A stretch of DNA of 64,000 bases from Candidatus Yonathbacteria bacterium RIFCSPHIGHO2_02_FULL_44_14. Lineage in GTDB: Bacteria; Patescibacteriota; Minisyncoccia; Phycocordibacterales; UBA1550. Shown one piece after another: positions 18,041 through 26,785 of this stretch. Numbering within the stretch: the first letter of the stretch is position 1; each line of letters begins with the position of its first letter. A model generated the notes under the pieces. That model had not been told where the DNA came from. It saw only the letters and a program-made list of their open reading frames with translations, and searched no databases. The translations under genes were made by a program, and so were the position numbers. The stretch lies in contig MHUT01000011.1 of the NCBI GenBank assembly GCA_001823535.1, positions 9,864 through 73,863 on the forward strand, in the 5' to 3' direction.

Positions 18041-20425
18041 ATGAAACTACGCACAAAAGCCACATTGTTTTTTGGAGCATTCCTTATCACTATCGCCCTC
18101 GGCATCACACTTTACGCTGAATATGTTGTTGGAAACGTTTTCAAAAAACAGGCGACAAGCAACCTCCGCATCGTTGCCGAACAAAGCGAAAGTGCTTATC
18201 TTGCTTTTTTGGGGAGCATGAAGGTGCGAGTTCTCGATTGGACATCGGACGATATGGTTCGAAAAATAACAAAAGGGGTGCTTGCCACTTCAGAGGGATC
18301 TCCTGACCGAACGCGGCTCGCAAAAGAATTCACCACATATTTGAACGAAAAAAAGATGCCTTTTGACAAGACTATCTTCCTCGCCGACCTTCTTGACAAA
18401 AACGGTATCATTATCGCCTCGACACATCCAGAACGTATCGGGAAGGACGAACGAAACGAGGAGGCTGAACATCGCAAGGTGCATGATTTTGACCGAACGA
18501 TTAATTCAAAGTTTGGAGAGGTGTTTTTCGGCACTATCATATTAAACGGGAAAGATGGCAACACAGATCCAACGCTCAATGTGACCGCGCGACTCTTTGA
18601 CATAGACCAGAGCGGAGAGATAAAACCTCTCGACGCAATTCTCCTTGTTTATTTTTCTAATGTGGTAGAAATTGCCGACATTCTCGGCTCTGGTGCAAGC
18701 ATTTATGCCGGATTACCTTCAACAACGGGGAGATTAACAAACGCCGCGCTCATAGAAAGTTACCGTACATCAGAACTTTATCTCGTCAACAATGAGCAAT
18801 TCATGGTTACCCCATCGCGTACAATAAAAGATGTAAGTGTGAAGCAAAAAGTTGACACGCTCCCCGTACACGAGTGTTTGGAAAACGGAAAAGAGATAAA
18901 TGGAGAGTACGATAACTATCAAGGGGTTCGCGTATTGGGCGCCTCAATGTGTTTTCAAAGAGAGGGTGTTACACTCTTGGTAGAAATTCAAAAGGAAGAA
19001 ATTTTTGCGCCATTAAGAGCGCTTGTGCAATCTACGGTAGTTGTTACGGTAATAGCTTTTGCTCTTGGTTTTCTGATCATCGATATTTTCATTCGGCGGC
19101 ATATTGCGCGCATCAGTGACGTTGTTTCAATTGCGAAGCAGGTGTCAAAAGGTAAGTTTAATCTTTCTATGAAGGTGCATACAGAGGACGAGCTGGGTTA
19201 CCTTGCCTCAGTGTTCAATGTAATGATACATTCTGTTTATGAAAATCAAAAATATCTTCAGGATTCAAAACACAAAGCTGAGGAAGAAAGAGCAAAAGAT
19301 GATGCTCTCTTAGCAAGTCTAGGTGAAGGAATGATTGCTACGGATAAATCCGGGAACATCATCGCAATAAACCACATCGCAGAGACACTTCTTGGACTTA
19401 AAGCCACTGCTGCTATCGGGAAAAAAGCTTCTGACATATGCGAAGCATTAGATGAAAACGGCAAAGAAATCCATGAGGAACAGCGAACATTCGCTGTGAC
19501 GACCACTGTTGGAGTCGCCACAATTTCTAAAATAATGCATTATCGCCGAAAAAACTATGGATACTTCCCTGTGGCAATCACAGTAACTCCCGTTATGCTT
19601 AAAGGCAAGGCTATAGGCTCCATTGAAATATTCCGCGACATCACCAAGGAAAAAGAAATTGAAAAAACGCGTGGAGACCTCCTATCTCTCGCTTCGCATC
19701 AGCTGCGCACACCGCTTTCTGGCACCAAGTGGCTCATTGAAACACTGAAAAGAGGATTGCATGGACCACTCACCGCAGGTCAAACAGAATACCTCGATGA
19801 GATCTACAAAATCAACGAACGAATGACAGGACTCGTGCATGACATGCTTGACGTACTTCGCATGGAAAGTGACGGCGGGCAAGCAAAAAAGGAAAATGTT
19901 TCAATAAAAGATCTGCTTGCCACGGTTTTTGAAACACTCCACGGTGTGGCTGAAAGTAAAAAAATTATCATCCGACTACCTGACGATGGGGACTATGTGG
20001 TGAACACCGACCGTATACTTTTACAAAATATCCTTGAAAGTCTGCTGACGAACGCAATCAATTATTCTAAACCTGGTCGCGAGGTCGCGATCAGTATCGA
20101 ACAAAGATTGCGGGCGAATCGCGTAGCGCAAGACTCAGACTCCAGGAGTGAATCCCCTGATGAAATTATATTCGCAGTAAAGGATTCCGGCATAGGGATT
20201 CCGCGCGACGAGCAACGACAAATTTTTGAACGATTTTATCGCGCTTCAAATGCAAAGACCTTCGATACTCGTGGGAGTGGTCTTGGACTCTATATTGCAG
20301 CGATGCTCGCAAAAAAAATAGGGGCGCATCTTTCGTTTGAATCCAAAGAAGGCGTGGGCTCGACCTTTTATGTTCATCTTCCACTTGGGCCAGACGCCTT
20401 GCCTCAAAACACGACTAGTGTATAA
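18041..20425 (+). CDS. sensor histidine kinase (TM, extracytoplasmic sensor, HAMP/PAS, HisKA, HATPase_c)
   Basis: H-box LASHQLRTPLSGTKWL; ATPase G-boxes DSGIGIP...GSGLGLYIAAMLAKKIG; start trimmed to MKLRTK; paralog of 52774-55200. Confidence 0.85.
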   Translation: MKLRTKATLFFGAFLITIALGITLYAEYVVGNVFKKQATSNLRIVAEQSESAYLAFLGSMKVRVLDWTSDDMVRKITKGVLATSEGSPDRTRLAKEFTTYLNEKKMPFDKTIFLADLLDKNGIIIASTHPERIGKDERNEEAEHRKVHDFDRTINSKFGEVFFGTIILNGKDGNTDPTLNVTARLFDIDQSGEIKPLDAILLVYFSNVVEIADILGSGASIYAGLPSTTGRLTNAALIESYRTSELYLVNNEQFMVTPSRTIKDVSVKQKVDTLPVHECLENGKEINGEYDNYQGVRVLGASMCFQREGVTLLVEIQKEEIFAPLRALVQSTVVVTVIAFALGFLIIDIFIRRHIARISDVVSIAKQVSKGKFNLSMKVHTEDELGYLASVFNVMIHSVYENQKYLQDSKHKAEEERAKDDALLASLGEGMIATDKSGNIIAINHIAETLLGLKATAAIGKKASDICEALDENGKEIHEEQRTFAVTTTVGVATISKIMHYRRKNYGYFPVAITVTPVMLKGKAIGSIEIFRDITKEKEIEKTRGDLLSLASHQLRTPLSGTKWLIETLKRGLHGPLTAGQTEYLDEIYKINERMTGLVHDMLDVLRMESDGGQAKKENVSIKDLLATVFETLHGVAESKKIIIRLPDDGDYVVNTDRILLQNILESLLTNAINYSKPGREVAISIEQRLRANRVAQDSDSRSESPDEIIFAVKDSGIGIPRDEQRQIFERFYRASNAKTFDTRGSGLGLYIAAMLAKKIGAHLSFESKEGVGSTFYVHLPLGPDALPQNTTSV

Positions 20426-20449
20426 TAAAAAGCATAATCTTATATATAT

Positions 20450-20842
20450 ATGAACCATGTATTAATTGTTGAAGACGAAGATTTCTTGGTACGAGCATTG
20501 AAAGACAACTTGGTTTCCGATGGCTACAGCGTTTCTGTTGCCATGGATGGCGAGGCGGCTTTCGATGAATTGAAGAAGAAAACACCGAGCCTTATTTTGC
20601 TTGATCTTTTGCTCCCAAAAAAGAACGGGTTTGATGTATTGAAAGAAATTCGCCAGAGTCCGGAGTGGCAACTTATCCCTGTGGTCATTCTCTCCAACCT
20701 CGGCGAAGACTCTGAAATCAAGCGTGCGCTCGAGCTCGGCGCAAACGATTATTTCGTGAAATCGCAACATCCAATCCAAGAGGTGATGGAAAAGGTGCGC
20801 GAGTATCTGCAAGGGAAAGGTTCAACAAAGGGAGGAATGTAG
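20450..20842 (+). CDS. single-domain response regulator receiver (CheY-like)
   Basis: LIVEDEDF...LLDLLLPKKNGF...; no output domain. Confidence 0.85.
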   Translation: MNHVLIVEDEDFLVRALKDNLVSDGYSVSVAMDGEAAFDELKKKTPSLILLDLLLPKKNGFDVLKEIRQSPEWQLIPVVILSNLGEDSEIKRALELGANDYFVKSQHPIQEVMEKVREYLQGKGSTKGGM

Positions 20843-20863
20843 AATGTTGAATTTGGAACCATA

Positions 20864-20905
20864 AAGAAAGGGGGCATCGCCAAAGCCGATGCCCCCTTTC
20901 TTTAT
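20864..20905 (+). terminator. rho-independent terminator
   Basis: aaagaaagggggcatcg-ccaaag-ccgatgccccctttcttt + ttattt. Confidence 0.7.
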
Positions 20906-20928
20906 TTCTAAATTTCTAACTACCTTCC

Positions 20929-20953
20929 CACTTGGAGGCAAAGCCTCCAAGTG
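20929..20953. repeat. REP-like palindromic element copy 1 (cacttggaggc-aaa-gcctccaagtg)
   Basis: Perfect 11-bp inverted repeat immediately 3' of transposase stop. Confidence 0.8.
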
Positions 20954-20955
20954 AA

Positions 20956-21630
20956 TTATATTTCCTCTGGGTCCTCGCGTCTCTTCAAAATATCATCGAG
21001 AGACAACAAGGCGAACTTTTTATATTCAGCGCTATTTCGAAATTGCCCTAGGATAATTCCCTTCTCACAAATACCATCTGCCATTTTACCTTTCTCCGTA
21101 TACTCTCCCCAGCTTGATCTACTCTCCACCAACTTGGAGGTTGAGCCTCCAAGTTGGTGGACGCGGTCATTTAAATTTACATATGCACTCACGTGGAGTA
21201 GGTATTCATTTGAATCTATGTGGACAGCCTTAAACCTTCCCTGAAAAAGGGAGCCATTTCTTTTTTCTTTTTCATTAAAATACATCGTGTAACCAGTAGA
21301 CAAACGATGCATAAATTTTTCTACCCCACGATCAGCAGTCTGCATAAGAAGAAAGTGGTAATGATTAGCGTTCAAACAATACGCAACAAAATCCACCAGC
21401 AGCACTTCCTCTTCCTCCAACTTGGAGGTTGAGCTTCCAAGTTGCTTGTTAAAAGAATTTTGATAGATACTCCCTATCGGGTCAAGCACGTTGAATTCGA
21501 CCATACTCTGGAAAAACCTGTCAATGTCCGCTTGGTCTGAAAAAATATTTCTCTTATCAACTCCTCTGTTATAAATATGATAATACTCGCCTTCAATAAA
21601 TGCTGTTTTCCTTTGTGACATGCCATTCAT
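20956..21630 (-). CDS. Y1 HUH tyrosine transposase (IS200/IS605 TnpA or REP-associated RAYT-like, COG1943)
   Basis: YHIYNRGVDKRNIF; HuH-like NHYHFLL; catalytic-Tyr region GSLFQGRFKAVHIDSNEYLLHVSAYVNLN; start trimmed to MNGMSQ (first 9 codons of ORF come from the hairpin). Confidence 0.7.
   Translation of the reverse strand: MNGMSQRKTAFIEGEYYHIYNRGVDKRNIFSDQADIDRFFQSMVEFNVLDPIGSIYQNSFNKQLGSSTSKLEEEEVLLVDFVAYCLNANHYHFLLMQTADRGVEKFMHRLSTGYTMYFNEKEKRNGSLFQGRFKAVHIDSNEYLLHVSAYVNLNDRVHQLGGSTSKLVESRSSWGEYTEKGKMADGICEKGIILGQFRNSAEYKKFALLSLDDILKRREDPEEI
21126..21160. repeat. REP-like palindromic element copy 2, inside transposase ORF in frame (encodes HQLGGSTSKLV)
   Basis: ccaccaacttggagg-ttgag-cctccaagttggtgg, 15-bp stem. 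Confidence 0.8.
21418..21446. repeat. REP-like palindromic element copy 3, inside transposase ORF in frame (encodes KQLGSSTSKLEE)
   Basis: caacttggagg-ttgag-cttccaagttg, 1 mismatch in stem. Confidence 0.75.
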
Positions 21631-21635
21631 TGTAG

Positions 21636-21661
21636 CACTTGGAGGTTGAACCTCCAAGTGC
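21636..21661. repeat. REP-like palindromic element copy 4 at 5' end of transposase
   Basis: gcacttggagg-ttgaa-cctccaagtgc perfect palindrome. Confidence 0.8.
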
Positions 21662-21720
21662 TGGGTGTGCTTTTTTGTCTTGTAAACTGCTTGACTTACG
21701 GGGTATAATATTTAGGAAAT

Positions 21721-24552
21721 ATGCGCTCATTCCTCCGCAAACTAACTACAAAAACATTTACTATTATTTCTGCTATTTATTTTGTAGTGGTAGGGTTTTT
21801 ATTTTTTCAAAACGAAGTTAGCGCTGCTGTTTCTATCCGTAGCGCAGGAGCATATGTGAGTGGCATATCCAACCTAACACCAATTATCCCTGCCTCTGCT
21901 GCCACTGGTGATATTATGCTTCTGATATACGGCACAAAACCATACAATGACGCCCCAACTGTAACAGCAGGTTGGACAAGCATCGGCTTCGCAACAGATG
22001 GAACGATAGCTGCAGGAAATGATGTTGGCTCAATGCAAACGAGAATTTATTATAAAGAGCACATAGGATCAGAAACAAATCCGACTGTTACCAATACTAC
22101 TAATAGTGTTTCTGGGGCCGTAATCATCGCATTTCAAAAAGGCGCGAGTGAAGTGTGGGAAACTCCTGTTGGTGCAGGAGGTGGAGACGCAACTGCTGGA
22201 ACCGGATTTTCCGTTACAACTTCTGTTAACCCCGGGATCACAGCTGGGGATATGCTAGTTGGGTACGCGGCAATTCGCTCTGATGCTGGTACTCAATCAG
22301 CAATTGCTATTACCGCTACGGGTTTAACTGTCGGGGCATTTACAGAGTCCCCCTCTGCTGATTTAGCTACCAACTCAGGAGGTGACATGGCAATGTCTGG
22401 TGGCTACAGACTTGTAACAGCTGGTACAGCGTCAGACGCACCTGTTTATGCATCAACGCTCGCCACATCACATACCGGATCTGCATTTATAGTAAGATTG
22501 CGAGCAACAACGCCCCCCGCCGTCCCCACGGTCACCTCGCCCACCGCAACATCCATCGCCACAACAGGCGCAACGCTTGGCGCAAACGTTACGTCTCTCG
22601 GTGTGCCTGCATCCATCTCTGCGCGCGGAACTTGCTGGGGAGAATCATCAGCGCCAACAATAAACTGTACTCCTGCATCAGGTTTAACTACTGGTGTGTT
22701 CACACATGCTCGCACAGGAATGTCCCCTGGAACTTTTTACTACTACCGTGGCTATGCAACCAATTCTACTGGCACGGGATATTCAACTGATGGTACATTC
22801 ACAACGACCGCTTCCGCCTCTGGCTCCGTCTCTGCTTCCCCATCTTCGTGTACCATTTCATCGGGAGCAAGTACCTGTACTGTGCAGTTCACATGGGCCA
22901 TCAGCAATGCGACATCGCCAAATCTTTACAACTTCACTAGGTCAACAGAATATTCAGCGTTGGCCTCTGGCACTGGTGTCTCATACGCAATCACTAATGG
23001 AGTGAACACTGTGCAGGTGCGCGACAGTAGTACTGTGCTTGATTCAACAAGCGTAACAGCAAGTTGCGAGGCCGGCACTTCGTGGAGTGGTGGTGTTTGT
23101 ACGGCGATTGTAACTTACTACACTATCTTTGCATCATCAGGAGTAAATGGAACAGTTGAACCAACAGGCACATCTACCATTGCGCAGGGTGGCTCACAAA
23201 TTTACTCCATTACCCCTAACTCATTATATGAAGTCGCGACATTGTTAATAGACGGTGGTCCTGTTACAGCAACGACAACTTATACATTCACAAACGTAAC
23301 CGCAAACCACACAATCAGCGCAACATTCAGCCTTCTGCCAGTTACGCACACCATTACCTCAAGCGCTGGCTCAAATGGCACAATTGACCCACTCGGGGCG
23401 ATTGTGGTTCTAAATGGCGCTTCGCAAGCATTTAGCATCACCCCAGAGCCTGGCTTTTACACAGCATCGCTCCTTGTAGACGGTGGCAATGTCGCAACAA
23501 CAAGTCCTTATACATTCACAAACGTCACAACAAACCACACCATCACTGCGACATTTGCACAAATTCCAACACCTCCTGGCTCGTTCACTATCATCGCAAG
23601 CCAAAACCCAAATGGTACTGTAGCGCCAAGTGGCTCAACTACTGTGACAGAGAGCGCATCACAAACATACACCATCACCCCAAACTCTGGATATGATGTT
23701 GGGTCATTGATTATTGATAGTTTTACTGTTGCCACATCCACTTCATATACTTTTACAAATGTTACTGCCGACCACACTATAGAAGCGACTTTCACGGCGC
23801 TTCCCGAAACGCCAGTGATGGCAACAGTAAGGAGGCTCGCAAGTATCACATTTTCTGGAAAAGCCTTCCCGAGTGGGAAAATTTCAATTGTCCGAAAAGA
23901 GCTCGGTAATGAAATTGCAACAAAGGAACATGGCACGACAGACGAAAACGGATTCTTTAATATTAGATTCACAGACCTTCAAACTGGAGCGCACAGCTTT
24001 GGTCTCCTAATAAAAGACCCCGAGGGCAGAACTTCACAAACAAAATTCTTTCTCGTTGACGTAAGTAGAGGTGATGAAATATTTAAGGACATAATAGCTC
24101 CGCCAACTGTTGATATTTTAAACGGGCAAGTTTCGCGCGGAGGAAATCTAAAAGTTTTTGGTTATGCTTCTCCTGGCCATACCATTCGCATCTATTTAGA
24201 TGATATACTAGTCAAAGAGGCGCTTGCAGGGCGCGGAGGTGTGTACTCGTTTGATATACCCACAGGAGTATTTGATTTTGGACAACACAAAGTCAGAGCA
24301 AAACAAATAAACCTTGACGGTGGCGTCGCGAGTGATTTCTCAACAGGAAGAACATTCATTGTGTCCAAACTTGCTATAGTAAAGGCAGACCTCTCTGGCG
24401 ACGGAAAGATTGACATCAAAGACTGGAGCATCTTTCTCGCGCGCTGGGGCGCAAAGAATTCTCTGGGCAGGGCTGGCATCGACTTGAACGAGGACGGGAA
24501 AGTAGATATTGGAGATTTTAGTATATTTATCAAAACAATTAGAAAAAAATAA
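21721..24552 (+). CDS. giant secreted surface protein: N-terminal signal/TM, Thr/Ser-rich region, four ~90-aa Ig-like tandem repeats, CarbopepD_reg-like domain, C-terminal dockerin (two Ca-binding repeats)
   Basis: Repeats ...NGTVEPTG..QGGSQ.YSITPN.GY.V..L.IDG......YTFTNVT.NHTI.ATF x4; dockerin DLSGDGKIDIKDWSIF...DLNEDGKVDIGDFSIF. Confidence 0.7.
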   Translation: MRSFLRKLTTKTFTIISAIYFVVVGFLFFQNEVSAAVSIRSAGAYVSGISNLTPIIPASAATGDIMLLIYGTKPYNDAPTVTAGWTSIGFATDGTIAAGNDVGSMQTRIYYKEHIGSETNPTVTNTTNSVSGAVIIAFQKGASEVWETPVGAGGGDATAGTGFSVTTSVNPGITAGDMLVGYAAIRSDAGTQSAIAITATGLTVGAFTESPSADLATNSGGDMAMSGGYRLVTAGTASDAPVYASTLATSHTGSAFIVRLRATTPPAVPTVTSPTATSIATTGATLGANVTSLGVPASISARGTCWGESSAPTINCTPASGLTTGVFTHARTGMSPGTFYYYRGYATNSTGTGYSTDGTFTTTASASGSVSASPSSCTISSGASTCTVQFTWAISNATSPNLYNFTRSTEYSALASGTGVSYAITNGVNTVQVRDSSTVLDSTSVTASCEAGTSWSGGVCTAIVTYYTIFASSGVNGTVEPTGTSTIAQGGSQIYSITPNSLYEVATLLIDGGPVTATTTYTFTNVTANHTISATFSLLPVTHTITSSAGSNGTIDPLGAIVVLNGASQAFSITPEPGFYTASLLVDGGNVATTSPYTFTNVTTNHTITATFAQIPTPPGSFTIIASQNPNGTVAPSGSTTVTESASQTYTITPNSGYDVGSLIIDSFTVATSTSYTFTNVTADHTIEATFTALPETPVMATVRRLASITFSGKAFPSGKISIVRKELGNEIATKEHGTTDENGFFNIRFTDLQTGAHSFGLLIKDPEGRTSQTKFFLVDVSRGDEIFKDIIAPPTVDILNGQVSRGGNLKVFGYASPGHTIRIYLDDILVKEALAGRGGVYSFDIPTGVFDFGQHKVRAKQINLDGGVASDFSTGRTFIVSKLAIVKADLSGDGKIDIKDWSIFLARWGAKNSLGRAGIDLNEDGKVDIGDFSIFIKTIRKK

Positions 24553-24553
24553 T

Positions 24554-26227
24554 ATGGCGCGGAGCATTAAAATTAGTTTCATTTTCGGGCTTGTAGCGTT
24601 TTTTGCAAACACAGCAGATGCCGCTTCCCTTTTCTTTACGCCCGGAACCGGCGAGTATGGCATTGGAAAAGAAATCGCCGTCGATCTTAAAATAGATAGC
24701 AGTGACACGGGTATCAATGCGGGGCAAGCGACTATACGCTACCCCAAGGATATTTTGGAAGTGAAGTCTATCGACAAAACAGACTCAGCTTTCAACTTCT
24801 GGCTTGAGGAACCGGCTTTTTCCAACGCAGACGGCGCAATCACGTTTTTAGGGGGTACCCCGTATGGTATTTCCGGCGCGTCTATTCAGGTTCTTCATAT
24901 TATTTTTATTACTAAGACCGCCGGCACGGGAACGCTTTCTTTTGCAGATGCGGCAGTGACAGCATCGGACGCTAGTGGTACAAACGTTTTGTCCAAAACA
25001 GAGGAAGCGGCATTTACCGTTTCTCTTGCCACACTTCCGCCTATCATTACTCCGCCGACACAGATCAAGAGAGAGCCCGTAGCGCCAAGCGGACTTCCAA
25101 TAAAGCCCATACTCAATGTTCCGCTCTACACGGACAGTGCAGAGTGGTACAACCACTCAAACATCTTTAACGCATCATGGGCTCTCCCGCGCGATATTTC
25201 CGATGTTGTCACAGCGCTCAACAAGCAACCGAGCTACACACCCGCAGAAAGCGAAGGGCTCTTTGACAACAAGATGTTTCAAGCACTCTCCGACGGAGTA
25301 TGGTATCTCCACGTGCGGTTCAACAACGACATCGGATGGGGCACAACGAGCCATTATCGTATTGCCGTCGACACAAAACCACCGCTTCCGTTTGAGGTTA
25401 CCTCAACAGAAAGCGAAGTGAGCGACAACCCAAATCCAATATTTAAATTTAAAGCGAGTGATGCGCTCTCGGGTCTTCGTGAATATCGCGTGCGAGCCGG
25501 TACCGAGAATTGGATTGTAATTCCTGCAAAAGATTTCAAGGGCTTATTCGCGCTCCCCATCGAAAACCCCGGCAAATACCATGTCACCGTCCAAGCAGTG
25601 GACAATGCGGGGAACAGCATCGAGAGCGGTATCGACCATGAGACACTCGCGATTGCATCGCCCACATTCACCTTCGTGACCGAAAAACTCTTTTCAGAAG
25701 AAGCGCAGGGGCTCTCCTTGAAAGGCACGGCACTCCCTTCTACAGAAATACTTCTCGCGCTCAAAAGCGGGAGCACTGTCATTGCGTCGAGCACTCTTCC
25801 GGTAAACGCGCAAGGAAACTGGGAATTCACTTTTAGCGACCCGCTTCGCAACGGAAGCTATATAGCAAGCATCCAAAACAGAGACGCTCGCGGAGCGCGC
25901 AGTCTCGTGGTTAATTCTCCGACAATACAGGTCACTGGCAAATACACAAATATCATCCTTGTCACGCTCATTGCGCTCGTTGGCGCGCTCGCTTTGGGAA
26001 CATGGTATTACAAAAAACGCAACAAACAAATATCCCTCCGTGTCGGTGTCGCACAAAGTGATGCGTCGAAGGTATTCAAGATGATAGAAAATGATATAGA
26101 AAAATTAAACAGTGCGCGAAGCACCCCCACAACAGCCGACGACGAATTTCTCGCAAAGAAACTCTCGGAGAACGTAAAAAAGATGGGTGTCTATATTAAA
26201 GAAGAAATCGACCGCGCGGACGACTAA
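24554..26227 (+). CDS. cohesin-domain protein with C-terminal TM anchor (scaffoldin-like)
   Basis: Signal peptide MARSIKISFIFGLVAFFANTADA; cohesin-like beta-sandwich segment GKEIAVDLKIDSSDTGINAGQATIRYPKDILEVKSID...TGTLSFADAAV; TM IILVTLIALVGALALGTWYY near C-terminus; starts 2 nt after dockerin gene stop. Confidence 0.5.
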   Translation: MARSIKISFIFGLVAFFANTADAASLFFTPGTGEYGIGKEIAVDLKIDSSDTGINAGQATIRYPKDILEVKSIDKTDSAFNFWLEEPAFSNADGAITFLGGTPYGISGASIQVLHIIFITKTAGTGTLSFADAAVTASDASGTNVLSKTEEAAFTVSLATLPPIITPPTQIKREPVAPSGLPIKPILNVPLYTDSAEWYNHSNIFNASWALPRDISDVVTALNKQPSYTPAESEGLFDNKMFQALSDGVWYLHVRFNNDIGWGTTSHYRIAVDTKPPLPFEVTSTESEVSDNPNPIFKFKASDALSGLREYRVRAGTENWIVIPAKDFKGLFALPIENPGKYHVTVQAVDNAGNSIESGIDHETLAIASPTFTFVTEKLFSEEAQGLSLKGTALPSTEILLALKSGSTVIASSTLPVNAQGNWEFTFSDPLRNGSYIASIQNRDARGARSLVVNSPTIQVTGKYTNIILVTLIALVGALALGTWYYKKRNKQISLRVGVAQSDASKVFKMIENDIEKLNSARSTPTTADDEFLAKKLSENVKKMGVYIKEEIDRADD

Positions 26228-26269
26228 GGCGAACATGTCGCACAATTAACATGGAACGAAATACAGAAA

Positions 26270-26302
26270 GCGCCGATTGCCTTCGGCAATCGGCGTTCCT
26301 GT
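26270..26302. terminator. hairpin between convergent cohesin and SET genes
   Basis: gcgccgattgcc-ttcg-gcaatcggcg stem-loop. Confidence 0.35.
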
Positions 26303-26322
26303 CAGTTGTCAATGGTCAAATG

Positions 26323-26736
26323 TTAAATGTTTTTCCCTTTGCAGGACACACATCTACAGCCGTATGGCTTTATATATTCATCTGTATATTCCTCGCCATA
26401 ATCATAGTTGAGCTCCTCCCCTGCTTCAATGCGCTTGACCGCCTTCACAAACACACGACCTCCGATGATGTCAACTTCACAATTTGGTTTGCAAGAATGG
26501 TTTATATACCGCGCAGTGTTGGAGCGAGCGCTTCCATCGATCATCCTCGTTGCACTTGTTTCAAATAGATATTTATTCTCTGGGTAATCCTCGACTTCTT
26601 TTTTGCCGCTTATAATCTTTCCCACATATTCAATAATCCAGGTACCTCGTTTGATTGGTTCTGCGGCAAAAAGCCCGAGTCCCGCACTCGACTTCTTTAC
26701 TTTATATTTTACATCTCCGATTTTTGGAATTGGCAT
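26323..26736 (-). CDS. SET-domain protein (putative protein lysine methyltransferase), 137 aa
   Basis: RYINHSCKPNCEV (NHSC.PNC), ELNYDYG, C-terminal CRCVSCKG post-SET Cys cluster; only the C-terminal part of the 395-aa ORF (from MPIPKIG) is genuine. Confidence 0.75.
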   Translation of the reverse strand: MPIPKIGDVKYKVKKSSAGLGLFAAEPIKRGTWIIEYVGKIISGKKEVEDYPENKYLFETSATRMIDGSARSNTARYINHSCKPNCEVDIIGGRVFVKAVKRIEAGEELNYDYGEEYTDEYIKPYGCRCVSCKGKNI

Positions 26737-26785
26737 AATTAAACTGCAGTGTACCAAAAGTCCAAAGTGAAGTAAACTACAAGAA

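Noticed and set aside
22446-23972. Several minus/plus-strand ORFs (89-154 aa) within 21721-24552
   Set aside because: All lie inside the large repeat-containing surface protein gene. Their low-complexity translations are artefacts of the Thr/Ala/Gly-rich codon usage.
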